Source of the DNA: Isurus oxyrinchus
Lineage: Eukaryota
Assembly: GCA_026770705.1 (NCBI GenBank)
Contig: JANJGN010000140.1
Location: 1,116,001 to 1,180,000 of the forward strand
Direction of reading: 5' to 3'
DNA length: 64,000 nucleotides
Position 1 is the stretch's first letter; the number at the start of each line of letters is the position of its first letter. The position numbers and the translations under genes are program-made. A model generated the notes under the pieces. That model made no database searches and had not been told where the DNA came from. It was given only the letters and a program-made list of their open reading frames with translations. Below, in pieces: positions 38,276 through 49,629 of this stretch.

Positions 38276-38897
38276 GGGTGCAGGTCGACAATCAAGGGTT
38301 CAAATATTAAGAAAACGCAAAGAGTTCAACCCCGGAGAACCAGTGCAGAGAATGAATGCAACAATGCAGTCTAATTCGAGTTGATTCCTCTCGTTAAGGT
38401 CAATGTTTGTCATTGTTGCGAAATGTGACATTCAACGATCATTTTAACTCCAGGATCAAATTCAAACTTCTCATTGTCCGCTTAAATAAAACCTGTAGAG
38501 CCCCCGGGTGAATACCAGAACCAATCTGTATTTGTAATGGTTCTGGGCCTGCTGCCTATCTGTCAGGGACTAGTTTCAAAAGTGACCTAGTTTCAAAGGC
38601 GGCCTAAGGCTCAGCACATTTCAGAGTGTCTGGGGTAAAAATAGTGAATGGCTAAACTCGGCACTTTACCAGTACAAGATGATCCCCAATGACTTAATGA
38701 GAGCGAAAGATCTATCTATCTAAAGATAGAGACATTGAATTATAAAGAAAGCGAGTTAAAGCGAGAAAGAGACAGAATGATTGATTATGTGAGACAGAGC
38801 AAGGGAACGAGAAAGACAGGCAGAAAGAGCCAGCGGTGGAAGGTGATTGGTCAGTGTCAACTGTATATTACGCTGAACCAACAGTGAATGGTTTAGA

Positions 38898-39030
38898 ACA
38901 AAAACAGAATTACCTGGAAAAACTCAGCAGGTCTGGCAGCATCGGCGGAGAAGAAAAGAGTTGACGTTTCGAGTCCTCATGATCCTTCGACAGAACTGGA
39001 AATGTAACCAGTTTTCTTTGTTTTTATCCA
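38898..39030 (-). mobile_element. Short Penelope-like terminal-repeat insertion with hammerhead, 15-bp TSD
   Basis: TSD agtgaatggtttaga at 38883-97 and 39031-45; hammerhead on the minus strand at 38959-38997. Confidence 0.88.
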
Positions 39031-39193
39031 AGTGAATGGTTTAGAGCTGACTTCATATCTGAGAGAGCAGCCAATCGCAGGGCTGAGAAACGCCCCTCAG
39101 TTCCCCAAAAGGAAAAAAAAAGTGCCATTGGCATAAGACTCCGAGCGTCCACATATTTTAAACAGCGTGCTGTTTACTATCGAATCAGGAACC

Positions 39194-39345
39194 ACGTGTT
39201 CCTTGCGTACTTTACTGATAATACTGGTCATGCTACCCGGTGAATCTGAGCTAAAATCCTCAGTGTGTGTTTCATGGGTTATATTTAATCACAAATGTTG
39301 ACACATTCTATACACATTCACCTGTTAACTTTTTCAGGGGTGAAC
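39194..39345 (+). pseudogene. TRAV/TRDV: Family C V leader and intron (right arm); V body deleted
   Basis: ACG(ex-ATG)-CSLRTLLIILVMLP|gtgaat at 39194-39239, with an acceptor at 39337. It is homologous to the 35408-35367 leader and runs straight into family A upstream sequence. Confidence 0.65.
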
Positions 39346-39435
39346 AAATCGGCTGCGAGGTCCGGCTAATACTCAACAACTAAAACAATTCTGGTGAAAC
39401 ACATTTTGTTCAAATCTACCATCAGCTCAGTGAAC

Positions 39436-39877
39436 ATGATGGGTGTTACTTTTTAATCATTCCTCGCAGCTGAAGCTCTCTTAACTGGTAAGACTCACAA
39501 GTTACCCAATTTTCATCTTGATGGTGACACTGAGACAGTAATCCTCCCTTTAACTGCCTTTTCCCTGTATTTGCATATATTCTTTTAACTTAATAACAAT
39601 TGGTGATAAAAAATTCTCATAAAAAGTTAAAGCTTTCTATTTCTAAATTTCTGCAGGTATTCATGCTGCAGACTCTGTTTCGCAGGAGCCGGAGAGAGTG
39701 CAACAGTTTGAAGGAGACTCGGTGAACATTAATTTGAGTTATGCGACCACTGCTGGTTTCTATTTCATACAACTGTACCGTCAGCACTGGGAGCAGGCTC
39801 CCACATTCTTGATCTCCACTCCTTCTGCTGAGGATGTTTTCAGAGTAGAGGGCGTGTACCTGAAATTGTTTTCGTGA
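39436..39877 (+). pseudogene. TRAV/TRDV: TCR alpha/delta-like V pseudogene, family A (right arm), 3'-truncated
   Basis: Leader MMGVTF*SFLAAEALLT|gtaaga at 39436-87. Exon from 39657 reads GIHAADSVSQEPERVQQFEGDSVNINLSYATTAGFYFIQLYRQHWEQAPTFLI; no YYC or RSS. Confidence 0.85.
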
Positions 39878-41069
39878 AAAGTGGTTAATATTGCGCAACA
39901 TCCGGCGTTTCTGCCTATTGGTTCATTCTTGACAGAATCAGCAGGTGGCATCCAATCAGGTCCTTTATTCTGTTATTCGTCCAATCAGCTGAGAGCTCCT
40001 TTACTCTCCAATTCGTGATATCAGATCGGGCAACAGTGAATGGAACAGTGAGTAGAACAGGAATTAAACACAATGTTATCCCTTCAACTGTTTGAGTCCG
40101 CGAGGTGGGTGGAGTGAATGGAAAGTGTTCATATTGCGCTGGTATCAGTGCCGGAAGCTCACGTTAAAAGAGCTTCTCACTGATCATTAGGGCAATCCAC
40201 GGCAAATAGAAAGGTGGTTATAGAGGACCAGGGTGCTCTGAAAGCTTTGAGTAAAGCAACACGGTCAATTAAACCAATTCCACCTATTACATGAATGAAA
40301 TAGGGATTGACTGACAGGGTTGAGCAGAACGGGAGAGGTAAGCAGTAGGTGAGATCAGACAAACTCTGCTCTGTGAAATATATTTACAATATATTTACAT
40401 TCTTAATATCTTAATCGTTCATCATAAGGTTTAAAATGAAACACACTTTTCATTTGAAACGATAACCTCTATTCCCGACTATATTTCGCTACTTCCTTTT
40501 AAAAATGAATTAATTGAATAATGTTACAAACATGTGAATGAAGAATTGTCTTGGGTTTGGGGAAAGAGCAAGGATGAGAGGTTAATTGCATTGGACATAC
40601 GAAGAGCTGGCACAAGCAAAATGGTCCGAATGGACTCCTCCGCTGCTGGATGGTGCATTGATCTCCGCCTGACTGAACTAAACACTGTTTCCGGAACAGA
40701 CCTGGCCAACAGCCAAGAGCTGAAGGTTAGCAACATGAGAAAACAATAGCAATAAAACAGTAACAGGCTTCAGCCGACCCTGTTAACACTTTCCCTGCTG
40801 AACGGATGGTGTATGTGGACCTGTAATTCACAAACACGTCAACTGTATTGAGGAGAGCAGCGTTGGGTGTGGAGATTGTCAGTCCTCGCTAAAGATCAAA
40901 AGTATGAAGCTAATTCTATTCATTGTGTTTCCTGGTTTCTGCATTCGGTGGATCAGGAATATGACTGGAGGATTAGTTTAATCGGGAATTATTGCGATTT
41001 GAAATCAAGAACATTACTTTCGTAGTAAATATCTTTCATATCATCACGGAGGGCAAGGATTCAATCTAA

Positions 41070-41196
41070 CGCTGATGCGCTGCTGTCGCTGATGAGCTGC
41101 GCTCGCTGATGCGCTGCTCTCGCTGATGCACTGCTCTAGATGATGCGCTGCTCTCGCTGATGCGATGCTCTCGCTGATGCGGTGCACTCGCTGATA
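41070..41196. repeat. 17-bp minisatellite, ~7.5 copies
   Basis: Unit CGCTGATGCGCTGCTCT. Confidence 0.92.
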
Positions 41197-41789
41197 TGCC
41201 CCCTGGAGCCAGATTTCTCATCTATCCTTTTCAATAAAAGCCACAACTGTCTCCTTTTGCTCAGGAAGTACTGGTGGGCAAGCCCGGAATTGGGAAGGAG
41301 ATTAATATTGGACCCGAAACGTTCAATCTGCTTCTCTCTCCACAGATGTTGCCAGACCTTTCCAGCATGTTCTGCTTTCATTTCAAATCTCCAGCACCCG
41401 TGGTATTTTGCTTTCATACAAGGGTACACATCCATTGTGTCTGATGCAGAGTGAGCCCATCGGTTGTTTCAATACTGCAATTCCCCCTGCATTTAATTAG
41501 AGCTTAAAAATGATGAATAACCGCAATTGGTTTTGGAAACAAATGCCTTTAATGTACGCGCATTTGAGGCCTGTTGTTGTGCCCAGGCCCGGAAACACAT
41601 GAATTGTATTGCCTGCAGTGGCTGCACATTATTGACTAACCTCGCCTTCTACAACAGTAAACGTCATTTAATGCTAAATAATCTCCAGGGAACAGAATGT
41701 ATAAGGAACATTTGGACATTTTCAACGCATTGAGAATTTAAGATTCATCTAAATACTTGCTTTTCTTTCAAAACTGAGAGTCTGCGGGG

Positions 41790-42390
41790 AGAATCATATC
41801 GACAGGCAGACAGAAAAAAATCAGGGAGTGACAAAGGTAGAAACGCGGATTGAGATATAGAGAGAAAGTCTGAGTGAGAGACAGTGAGCAAAAGACTGAT
41901 GGAGATACAGGGCGACGATTAGCAGGAGGGAAGGCAATGCCAGAAAATGAAGGAGAAACATAGAGATTAACAGAGAGAGAATCAATGAGAGAAATGAGAG
42001 AGTGATAAAGGGTAGAAATGAGAGAGAAAGAGAGGGAGAGAGAGAGAGACACACACACACACACACATAGATAGATAAAGAGAGAGAGGGTAGGATTTAG
42101 ATGCAAATACAGAAGGAGAAACAGATGGAGAAGTACGGGCACATTAAAGCACGAAATTAAGAGAAAAAAAATGAAAATGCAGTGAGTGACCCAGAGGGAG
42201 AGACTGTGATAAATATAGAGGCAGAGGCAGAAACAGAGCGAGGGAGAGAAACAGATGGAGATAATAGAGGGAAATGGATGAAGATACGGGAAGGGAAAAG
42301 TTGTAGGAATATGAAGACATTATAGACGGAGAGACGATGAGAGACAAACAAACAGACAACAAGGTAAACAAAGGTATTGATAGTGAGAGA
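41790..42390. repeat. GA-rich low-complexity tract
   Basis: Purine-rich degenerate (GA)n. Confidence 0.85.
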
Positions 42391-42826
42391 AACTGTGTTA
42401 CTGTGGGAAAAGCAGTGCCCTAATTGGAAGCAGGAATTCCAGGAGGGAAAGAAAATTAACATTATGCAACACATGAGATGGAAAGGTTGACTTCCGAGAA
42501 CTACATGGCCTCCTGGATTACTAGATCAAGATCTTAATCGTCATGTTATTGTGCCCTTCCTGTGGCAGTAAACAAACAAGCACGATGTGGGAGCTCCATC
42601 TGGTGGCGATCTCAGGTAAATGTGCACTAATTGGAAAAATCACCGGGTTCTCAACTTGTTGAACGATGTTCTTGCATATTTGTGTCGCATTATTCCTGTT
42701 AATATTATTACTATTGTAATATAATTTAATGCAGATGAACAGACACACGGGAGCTGATTCCAACTTCATTTTAAATCCTGCGATTCCTTGTGTTTGTTTA
42801 CCTGCACCACACGGATTGTAGCGTTC

Positions 42827-43112
42827 AACTCTTTTGAGTACAAACCCGTTTCCATCTGTTTCAGATGAAGTTACATTGTTTCATAGTTTGCCATTGTGAG
42901 ATTTGAACTCTTGACCTTGGGGTTACAAACCCAGTACCATAACCACTTGGCTATTTAGGCCAAGCAAAGGATATTTGGCTGTAACTTTTTTGAGTACAAA
43001 CCCATTTCCATCTGTTTCAGATGAAGTTACATTGTTTGCCATAGTGAGATTTGAACTCTTGACCTTAGGGTTATAAACCCAGTACCATAACCACTTGGCT
43101 ATTTAGGCCAAG
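42827..43112 (-). mobile_element. Tandem dimer of a short tRNA-Thr(UGU)-derived SINE
   Basis: Two ~135-bp copies (42827-42964, 42983-43112). Minus strand reads GGCCTAAATAGCCAAGTGGTTATGGTACTGGGTTTGTAACCCCAAGGTCAAGAGTTCAAATCTC, with A box, UGU loop and B box; the acceptor stem is broken. Confidence 0.75.
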
Positions 43113-43210
43113 AGATGGCAGCTCATCACCACCTTCTCAATGACAATTATGGATGGGCAATAAATGCTAGCTCAGCCAGTGAAGCCCAAATTCCGTAAAT
43201 GAATAAAACG

Positions 43211-43566
43211 ATGCACTGATAACGATGTTGCTGATGATGAGATGGTGACTATTCCCAACATTTATGTCAGAATTGAGCCATCAACACACAGTAGAATAGT
43301 CGGCTGCTGAAATGACGGCTGAAGAGGAAGTATTATCACCCTGAACTGCACCTTCAACCAAGTTATTCTGACTCTTATGTGCTGTGGAGTAGTCAACATT
43401 CCAGGCACCCTCCGCTGTCCACCCACTCCATGGATGGATAACAAATTGAAAGTTCTACTTTGCAGACTGATTCTCTCTTAGGTTTGCTAAAACTACTGAC
43501 ATCACCGAGTCAACGATTAGTAAAGCCTTGGTCTCCGACCCCAGTGTATTTCTGTACCATGAGTCC
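43211..43566 (+). pseudogene. TRAV/TRDV: TCR alpha/delta-like V pseudogene (fourth family), RSS absent
   Basis: Exon from 43271 reads LSHQHTVE*SAAEMTAEE / GSIITLNCTF / SYSDSYVLWSSQHSRHPP / FAD*FSLRFAKTTDITESTISKALVSD / VYFCTMS. A leader remnant lies upstream. Confidence 0.8.
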
Positions 43567-44030
43567 TTGCAATGCTGTAGAGGAGATTTACCAGGATGCT
43601 GCCTGGGCTGGAGCTTCTGAGCTATGAGGAAAGATTGGATAGGCTGGTGTTGTTTTCTTTGGAGTAGCGAAGGTTGGCAGAGGTCTATAAGATTATGAGG
43701 GGCATAGATAGGATAGATAGGAAGGAGCGTTTTCCATTTATAGAGGGGTCAATAACCAGGGGGTGCTTAGATTAAAGGTAAGAGGTAGAAGGCTGAGATG
43801 AGGTCGGGAGATTTCTGTTCCAGCCAGGGGGCGGTGGGAGTCTGGAACTCACTGCCTGAACGGGTGTGAAATTTTCGTAACATTTAAGAAGTATTTAGAT
43901 ATTCACGTGTGTTGCCATAGCCACCAGGGCTATAGGCCAAGCGCTGGGAAATGGGATTAGTGTGGTCAGATCTTTGTTGACCGGCGTGGACACGATGGGC
44001 CGAGTGGCATCCTTCAGCGCAGCAAACGTC
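43567..44030 (+). mobile_element. 5'-truncated CR1 3' end
   Basis: RRFTRMLPGLELLSYEERLDRL..FSLE, with 3' end cacgatgggccgagtggcatcc. Confidence 0.88.
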
Positions 44031-44569
44031 TGTAAGTCTAAACGCCTAGTAAGGAGGAATTTGCAGGGTCGACAGGGTTGAGTTTGCCGTTGTTTTGAGC
44101 TGAAAGAAATGCAAAAGAAAGCTATCTTGTATGGGCAAATGGAGGAAATTTTACACCATTTTCAGCTGAATAAATTTTAGTGTAATCTCTCCAATCTTAA
44201 ACGTGTGTCTATCTCGATGTATTTTGTGGCTTTTGTAAATGTTGTTTACTCATGTACTCGCCATCTGTCCATTTATTTACTCCTCTGTCTATGTATATAT
44301 CTTTCTATCTGCCTATCACTCTCAGTATCTTTCACTGTGTATTTCCATCTAACTATCATGCATGTTTCATCTTTCTAGCTATGCATCATTAAGTGTCCGT
44401 CTATCAACGTATCTCATAATCGTTCCATTATTGTCTACGTGCCTCTGCCTCTCCAAATATCTATCTATCTTTCTATCTATATTTCACTATCTATCTGCAT
44501 GTCGCTCTATGCCACTATATCTCTATGTGTTCCTACCTTTCTTTCTCTATATCTATCTCTATCTCTCAT

Positions 44570-45880
44570 TGTGGGAGTCGTCTACCTGCAGACTAGGTCA
44601 GACAGCAAGCTCTGCAATCTTTCAGGATTTAAAGCAAATACAAAAGCACATCGTGTCCCAATCAGGAGACCCCTCTGCACTGACGATGCTCATGGGTTGT
44701 CTCTCCCATGTCAGTCACTGGTTCGTCCTGAATATAAGTGTCAAGTAAGCTATGGTTTTGGGACAAGGTTCCAGCGGAAATCTCCACGTCTGATCACAGT
44801 AAAGAATATCCCACTCGAAGTGATTAGCAACTTCTGCTACCTCGGGTCCACGGTAACATTCCCTTGATGCAAAGCCCCATGTATACATGCGATTACAACC
44901 ACTATCTTTGCCCAACCCACGAAACGTACATGGTGTAACTCAAACCTGCCCCTTTAGGTCAAGCTGATTGCTTATAAGGCCCATGCTCTCAGCACTTTGT
45001 TTCATAGCGGTAAAATATTGGCGACTTATGGCTACCAGTCAAAGAAGCACAATAATTTCCATCTTCGCTGCCTGTGGTGCATTCTGGGCAGAGTCCACCA
45101 GGACAGAATCACAGATTTGACAGCTGTCTCAAAGGCATAGCTCCCAAGTGTGCTGGCACCAATCAAACAGTGGCAGCTTCGGTAGATCGGGCATATCCAC
45201 AGAATGGATTTGAAAACAAAGAAAACTGCGGATGCTGGAAATCCAAAACAAAAACAGAATTACCTGGAAAAACTCAGCAGGTCTGGCAGCATCGGCGGAG
45301 AAGAAAAGAGTTGACGTTTCGAGTCCTCATGACCCTCGACTCGAAATCAAGTTCTGTCGAAGGGTCATGAGGACTCGAAACGTCAACTCTTTTCTTCTCC
45401 GCCGATGCTGCCAGACCTGCTGAGTTTTTCCAGGTAATTCTGTTTTTGTCCACAGAATGGATGATTGCCGAAAACCCAGGGGTCTTCTGTATGGTGACTT
45501 ATCCCGAGCCAGGCGACCACCTGGGCGCCAGGGCCCTACTTCAAGGAAGCTTTCAGGCGTGACGTGAAGGGCCTGAACACCCACGGTCGGTATCAGACGT
45601 CAGTAGCGGGTGAAATAGGAAAATGGCGACACCTTTTATGGGCTGACGTGCACTACCCCCGTGATCAATGGCTACTGCAGCCTGGCAACAGGCGCTCATG
45701 TTAAGAACAACAAAGTGCAACGTCACTTGACGGCTTCATGTGCTGCAATTGTGGCTGAACCTGCCTGTTAAGAGTTGGCCCTGGCAACCCTCATGAAGGT
45801 GTACCAAGGTAATAGACCCCACTTAAATGGATTGTGTGCTGCGTGCTCATCATCATTTCTTGTGGATAGCAGGATGCCAA
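44570..45880 (+). mobile_element. Degenerate RTE-clade LINE fragment
   Basis: LEVISNFCYLGSTVT; AYKAHALSTL; NFHLRCLWCILG...QDRIT; homologous to 4450-5930. Confidence 0.8.
45210..45448. mobile_element. Palindromic Penelope-like mini-element (two inverted terminal repeats only), 14-bp TSD
   Basis: Arms are near-perfect reverse complements; TSD tccacagaatggat at 45196-209 and 45449-62; hammerhead at 45350-45388 (+). Confidence 0.92.
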
Positions 45881-46289
45881 CGCATCTCTCCCTAAACGTC
45901 CCAATCTCACTCTATCTCCACGTGAAATCTATATATTTGCACCTATATTTATCTCTGCCCTTTTCACATCCCTATTGGCCTCATAATTGAACTTTCGCCC
46001 TGTGCCTCCATGTGTCAGTTCACCTGTCTCAATCACTGTGTCTATCACTGCATCTATCAATCATTCAATATGGTTATCTGCCCCTTCAATTGCAACTTTG
46101 ATTCCTTCAGTATCTATAATCACAGAACACTAGCAATATTGTAAATGGACTCTGAAACTTCCCCAAGACCAATGATCGTGGGTTTGCTGAAGGATAGATA
46201 AGGGTTTCAAATGCAGTTTCATAAATAACACAACAAACACGATGGCTAAGTGAAGAGAACGGTAGCAAACGCAGGAGGCTGATCAAGCA

Positions 46290-46600
46290 CTTTCACTACA
46301 ATAATCTCTCCAGATCTCAGCTCTAGAAGAGGTTTGGATTCGCGGCATTGACATCCCAACCAGTTGCTCGATGCATATTCAGCCGAGTGCTGCCATTTGT
46401 ATCTAATCACAGCTGACCAATATCTATTCTCCTTTGAGACACTTCTTAAAACCTACGTCTTTGAGCAAGTTTTTGCTGCTCTGACCTACCATCTCCCTAA
46501 GTCTTTCGCTTTGTAATTTTGTTTCAAAATGGTCCTGCGAAGGGTTGTGGGCTGTATAGTTCCATTAAAGGGCCTATATAAATGCACGTCGTTGTTGCTG
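46290..46600 (+). mobile_element. Old L2-like 3' end
   Basis: tcctttgagacacttcttaaaacctacgtctttgagcaag...aaagggcctatataaatgcacgtcgttgttg. Confidence 0.55.
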
Positions 46601-47859
46601 TTTTAGATATGCCTCTTTCAAATTTCAGTTTGATGTCCAATTGGAAAATTGATGAAAATTCAAAAGCAAAGGGTGGAGCGTCAGAATAAATGTAATTTAC
46701 GAAGATTTTAAAGTAATGTATTCAGGATAAGCAGTAGCTGCTGTGTTATGTAATGTAGGGCAACGCGGAAAGTTTGGACTGAGGGCAAAATGCAGCAGAG
46801 TCTATCAGCCGGGACTCCCAGGATGCTTTCTAGCCTCATGCGAGCTTCACTGAATAGACCATGAATAGAATATAAAAAACAAATTTTACTGCTGCGACTG
46901 GCTTGCTTTAGGGAGTTTTTCTTCGCCTCCACTGGCGTTTCACGTAAGGAACCAAGACCGATCGTGGATATCATCTGGGGTGCGGTCTGAGGGCCGGGAA
47001 CCTCGAGAAAGGGCACGCAGAAACAATTCAATCCCAGGTTAAGGACATACAATATGTGATCGCTTCAGCATAAGGCTTTGTTTTCAAGTTTGTATTTATA
47101 GCTAACGAGCAAGAGTTGGAGTAATTTGGGACGCAGAGAGGTCAGCATGTATCTGTAATTGGAGATTCTCTACAGCTGCAATGGGGCTGGAATGCTCAGG
47201 GAGAGTTAGACCAGTAGGATTTTTTATTCATTCACGGGATGTGGGCTTCGCTGGCTGGGCCAGCATCTATTGCCCATCCCTAGTTACGCTTGAGAAGGTG
47301 ATGGTGAGCTGGCTTCTTGAACCGCTGAAGTGTGGATGTAATTCAGGCCCACTTCAACATCATCCATTCCATCCACCTTTCAATATGAGCTGATATCCTT
47401 ATTAAACGGGAATAGCAAGATTTGGGACATTGTGCGAAGCAGAGAAGTTGAGTTGAATCCAACACCGGAAATCCCCTGCAGCCAAGACACAAAAGCAAAA
47501 CGGAAGTGATGGGGCTCTGCGGAGGCGAGAGGGTGTAATTGCAATCCGAACTGCTTACACAGGCACTTTCCACTAGGTATGTTAGGAGGGAAAATTAAAT
47601 TGGCTGGAGTTGGCACAAATTGTGGAAGAATATTTAATCTCTCGTCCAGGCAGGCAGCACCGCCGACTGGGCAGTGCCCTTCCAGCGCTAGCGGTCAATG
47701 CGGCCTAAATGAAGGGTTCAATCTTGAGTGAGGATATAACCTCCTGATTCAGAGTGGAGAATTCGCTTCATTGAACTAAGACAATCTAACATTAAATTAG
47801 TGATGAACTGGAGGCAAAGATGTGGGAAAATGGATGCTGGAAATTAGAGTTCAGAGCAG

Positions 47860-48220
47860 GATTGAATATGAAACAAACTATTTTTTAATCCTTTACCAGA
47901 TTATGAGGACTAGAGCTAGAGCTAGAGGGACATTGTTTCAAAACAAGCTGCCTCCTTTTCAAGAGAGAGATGAGAAGACCTTTTGTCTTCTCTCAGATGG
48001 TCATTCGCCTGTGAAGTTCTTTTTCTCAGAAAACGGTTTTGTCTGGGCCATTGACTTTATTCAAGGCTAAATTGGATATTTGTTTTGAGAGGCAAATATA
48101 GTTTCCAGACTAGAATGCTGAGTTGAGACCATAAAGAGATCTGCCATAATTTTATCAAATGGCGGAGCATAATCCCAGTGCTGAATTGCCTATTTCTGCT
48201 CGTAAGTCCTCTGTTCCTAT
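47860..48220 (+). mobile_element. Old CR1 3' end
   Basis: ctagagggacattgtttcaaa...ttcaaggctaaattggata...gctgaattgcctatttctgctc. Confidence 0.6.
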
Positions 48221-49039
48221 GTTCCCATGAGGGATGTGCAACAAGGCTCCCTGTGGACACAAAGGGTGCGTTCAACCTTGAATGGTTGGAGGGCTTCAGA
48301 ACGAAATAACAACTGCAATGGTTCCTCCAATCTGGCGTCATGATAGGAGATGTAATACAGGTGTTTTCCAAATACGGACTTGAGTGTTTAATTAATAAAG
48401 TTACTTATTACCAGAAGACGGGATGGGAGGTGACCAAGGACGAGTTCTATCCTCAAGGAAATGTTGTACAATTTCGAACGGTATGTTTGCTCACCTGTGT
48501 TTCTAATTATTTCATTGACAATCGGTATACAAAGTTCAGCATTTGAGTAAATAAATGAATAATTCATTACACAAATCAGCGGCGCCTTCCTTTTTAAAAA
48601 AATGTCCGGTACAATTACATGTAGCGAAAGAAAGCTGGGCTGTTAGGTAAATTTTCCGCTCGGCTTTCCCTTCTTAGTCCTGTATCAATCTAAATCGGGG
48701 GTCTAATCGTTAGCTACAAAGATAGAGACATAAAGGAGCTGAGACAGATTTTGCTGCATAAGGAAACAGGCATAAACCTGCGACACGAGAGGGAGAGAGT
48801 TATTTACTTTGGAGATGGCAAATAATAGACGTAAGAAAAACCTCAGCAGTGAATGAATTACTTTAAATATTGATGAATACGTTGCCCTGGTCCTTCAATG
48901 GTTGTTTGCAGTTCATGTCGACAATATGGAAAATGTTGAATATCGCATTGAGGATATGGAAATCTCAGTGTGTACTGACATCTGATCTACTAGGTAGATT
49001 CTTGTTAGGCAAAGGAATCAAAGGTTATCAAGTGTAGAT

Positions 49040-49450
49040 GCCCATGTTTGACCAGATGCAATAAGACTTCGTGTGGCCTAGAGTCAATGTTGAGGGCTCC
49101 CAGAGTAAATCCCTCCTGATTGTGTACCATGGCGCCGCCACCTCTGTTGGATCTGTCCGTGCCGTTGGGGCACGACATACCCAGGGATGGTGATGCTGGT
49201 GCCTGGGGCATTACCTGTCATGTATGATTCCGCGAGGATGACTATTTCAGGCTATTGCTTATAATTTTTTTAAGGCAGCTCTACCAATTTTGGCACAAAC
49301 CCTCCAAATGACAGTAAGAAGGATTTTGCAACGTCGACAGCGTTGAGTTTGCTGTTGTAGTTTCCAGTGCCTAAGTTGATGCCGGGTTGCCCGTCCGGTT
49401 TTACTTCTTATATGTTTTCTAGAGGCTTGATACAACTGAGTGACTTGCTA
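49040..49450 (-). mobile_element. CR1/L2-group LINE endonuclease fragment
   Basis: DRSNRGGGAMVHNQEG..LGALNIDSRPHEV; same family as the 31.7-34.1 kb element. Confidence 0.7.
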
Positions 49451-49629
49451 GGCCATTACAGGGTGACCCACATTGTTTCGAGCCCCAGTGTGCAGAGCAT
49501 TACTCTGGGTCGCTGAATTACTAGTCCAGTGACAATAACGCTATGCCACCTTCTCCGCTACTTCCTCCTCACACGCACCCACCTCCTCCCCTCCCCTACC
49601 CCTCCTCCTACCCCCGCCTTCGAAAAGGG

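Noticed and set aside
42889-43109. Functional tRNA-Thr genes
   Set aside because: The acceptor and anticodon stems do not pair properly, and both copies share a SINE-like 3' tail.
46870-47580. Possible signal-peptide exon plus a Cys-containing exon
   Set aside because: Splice-like sites are present but there is no coherent frame or recognisable domain.
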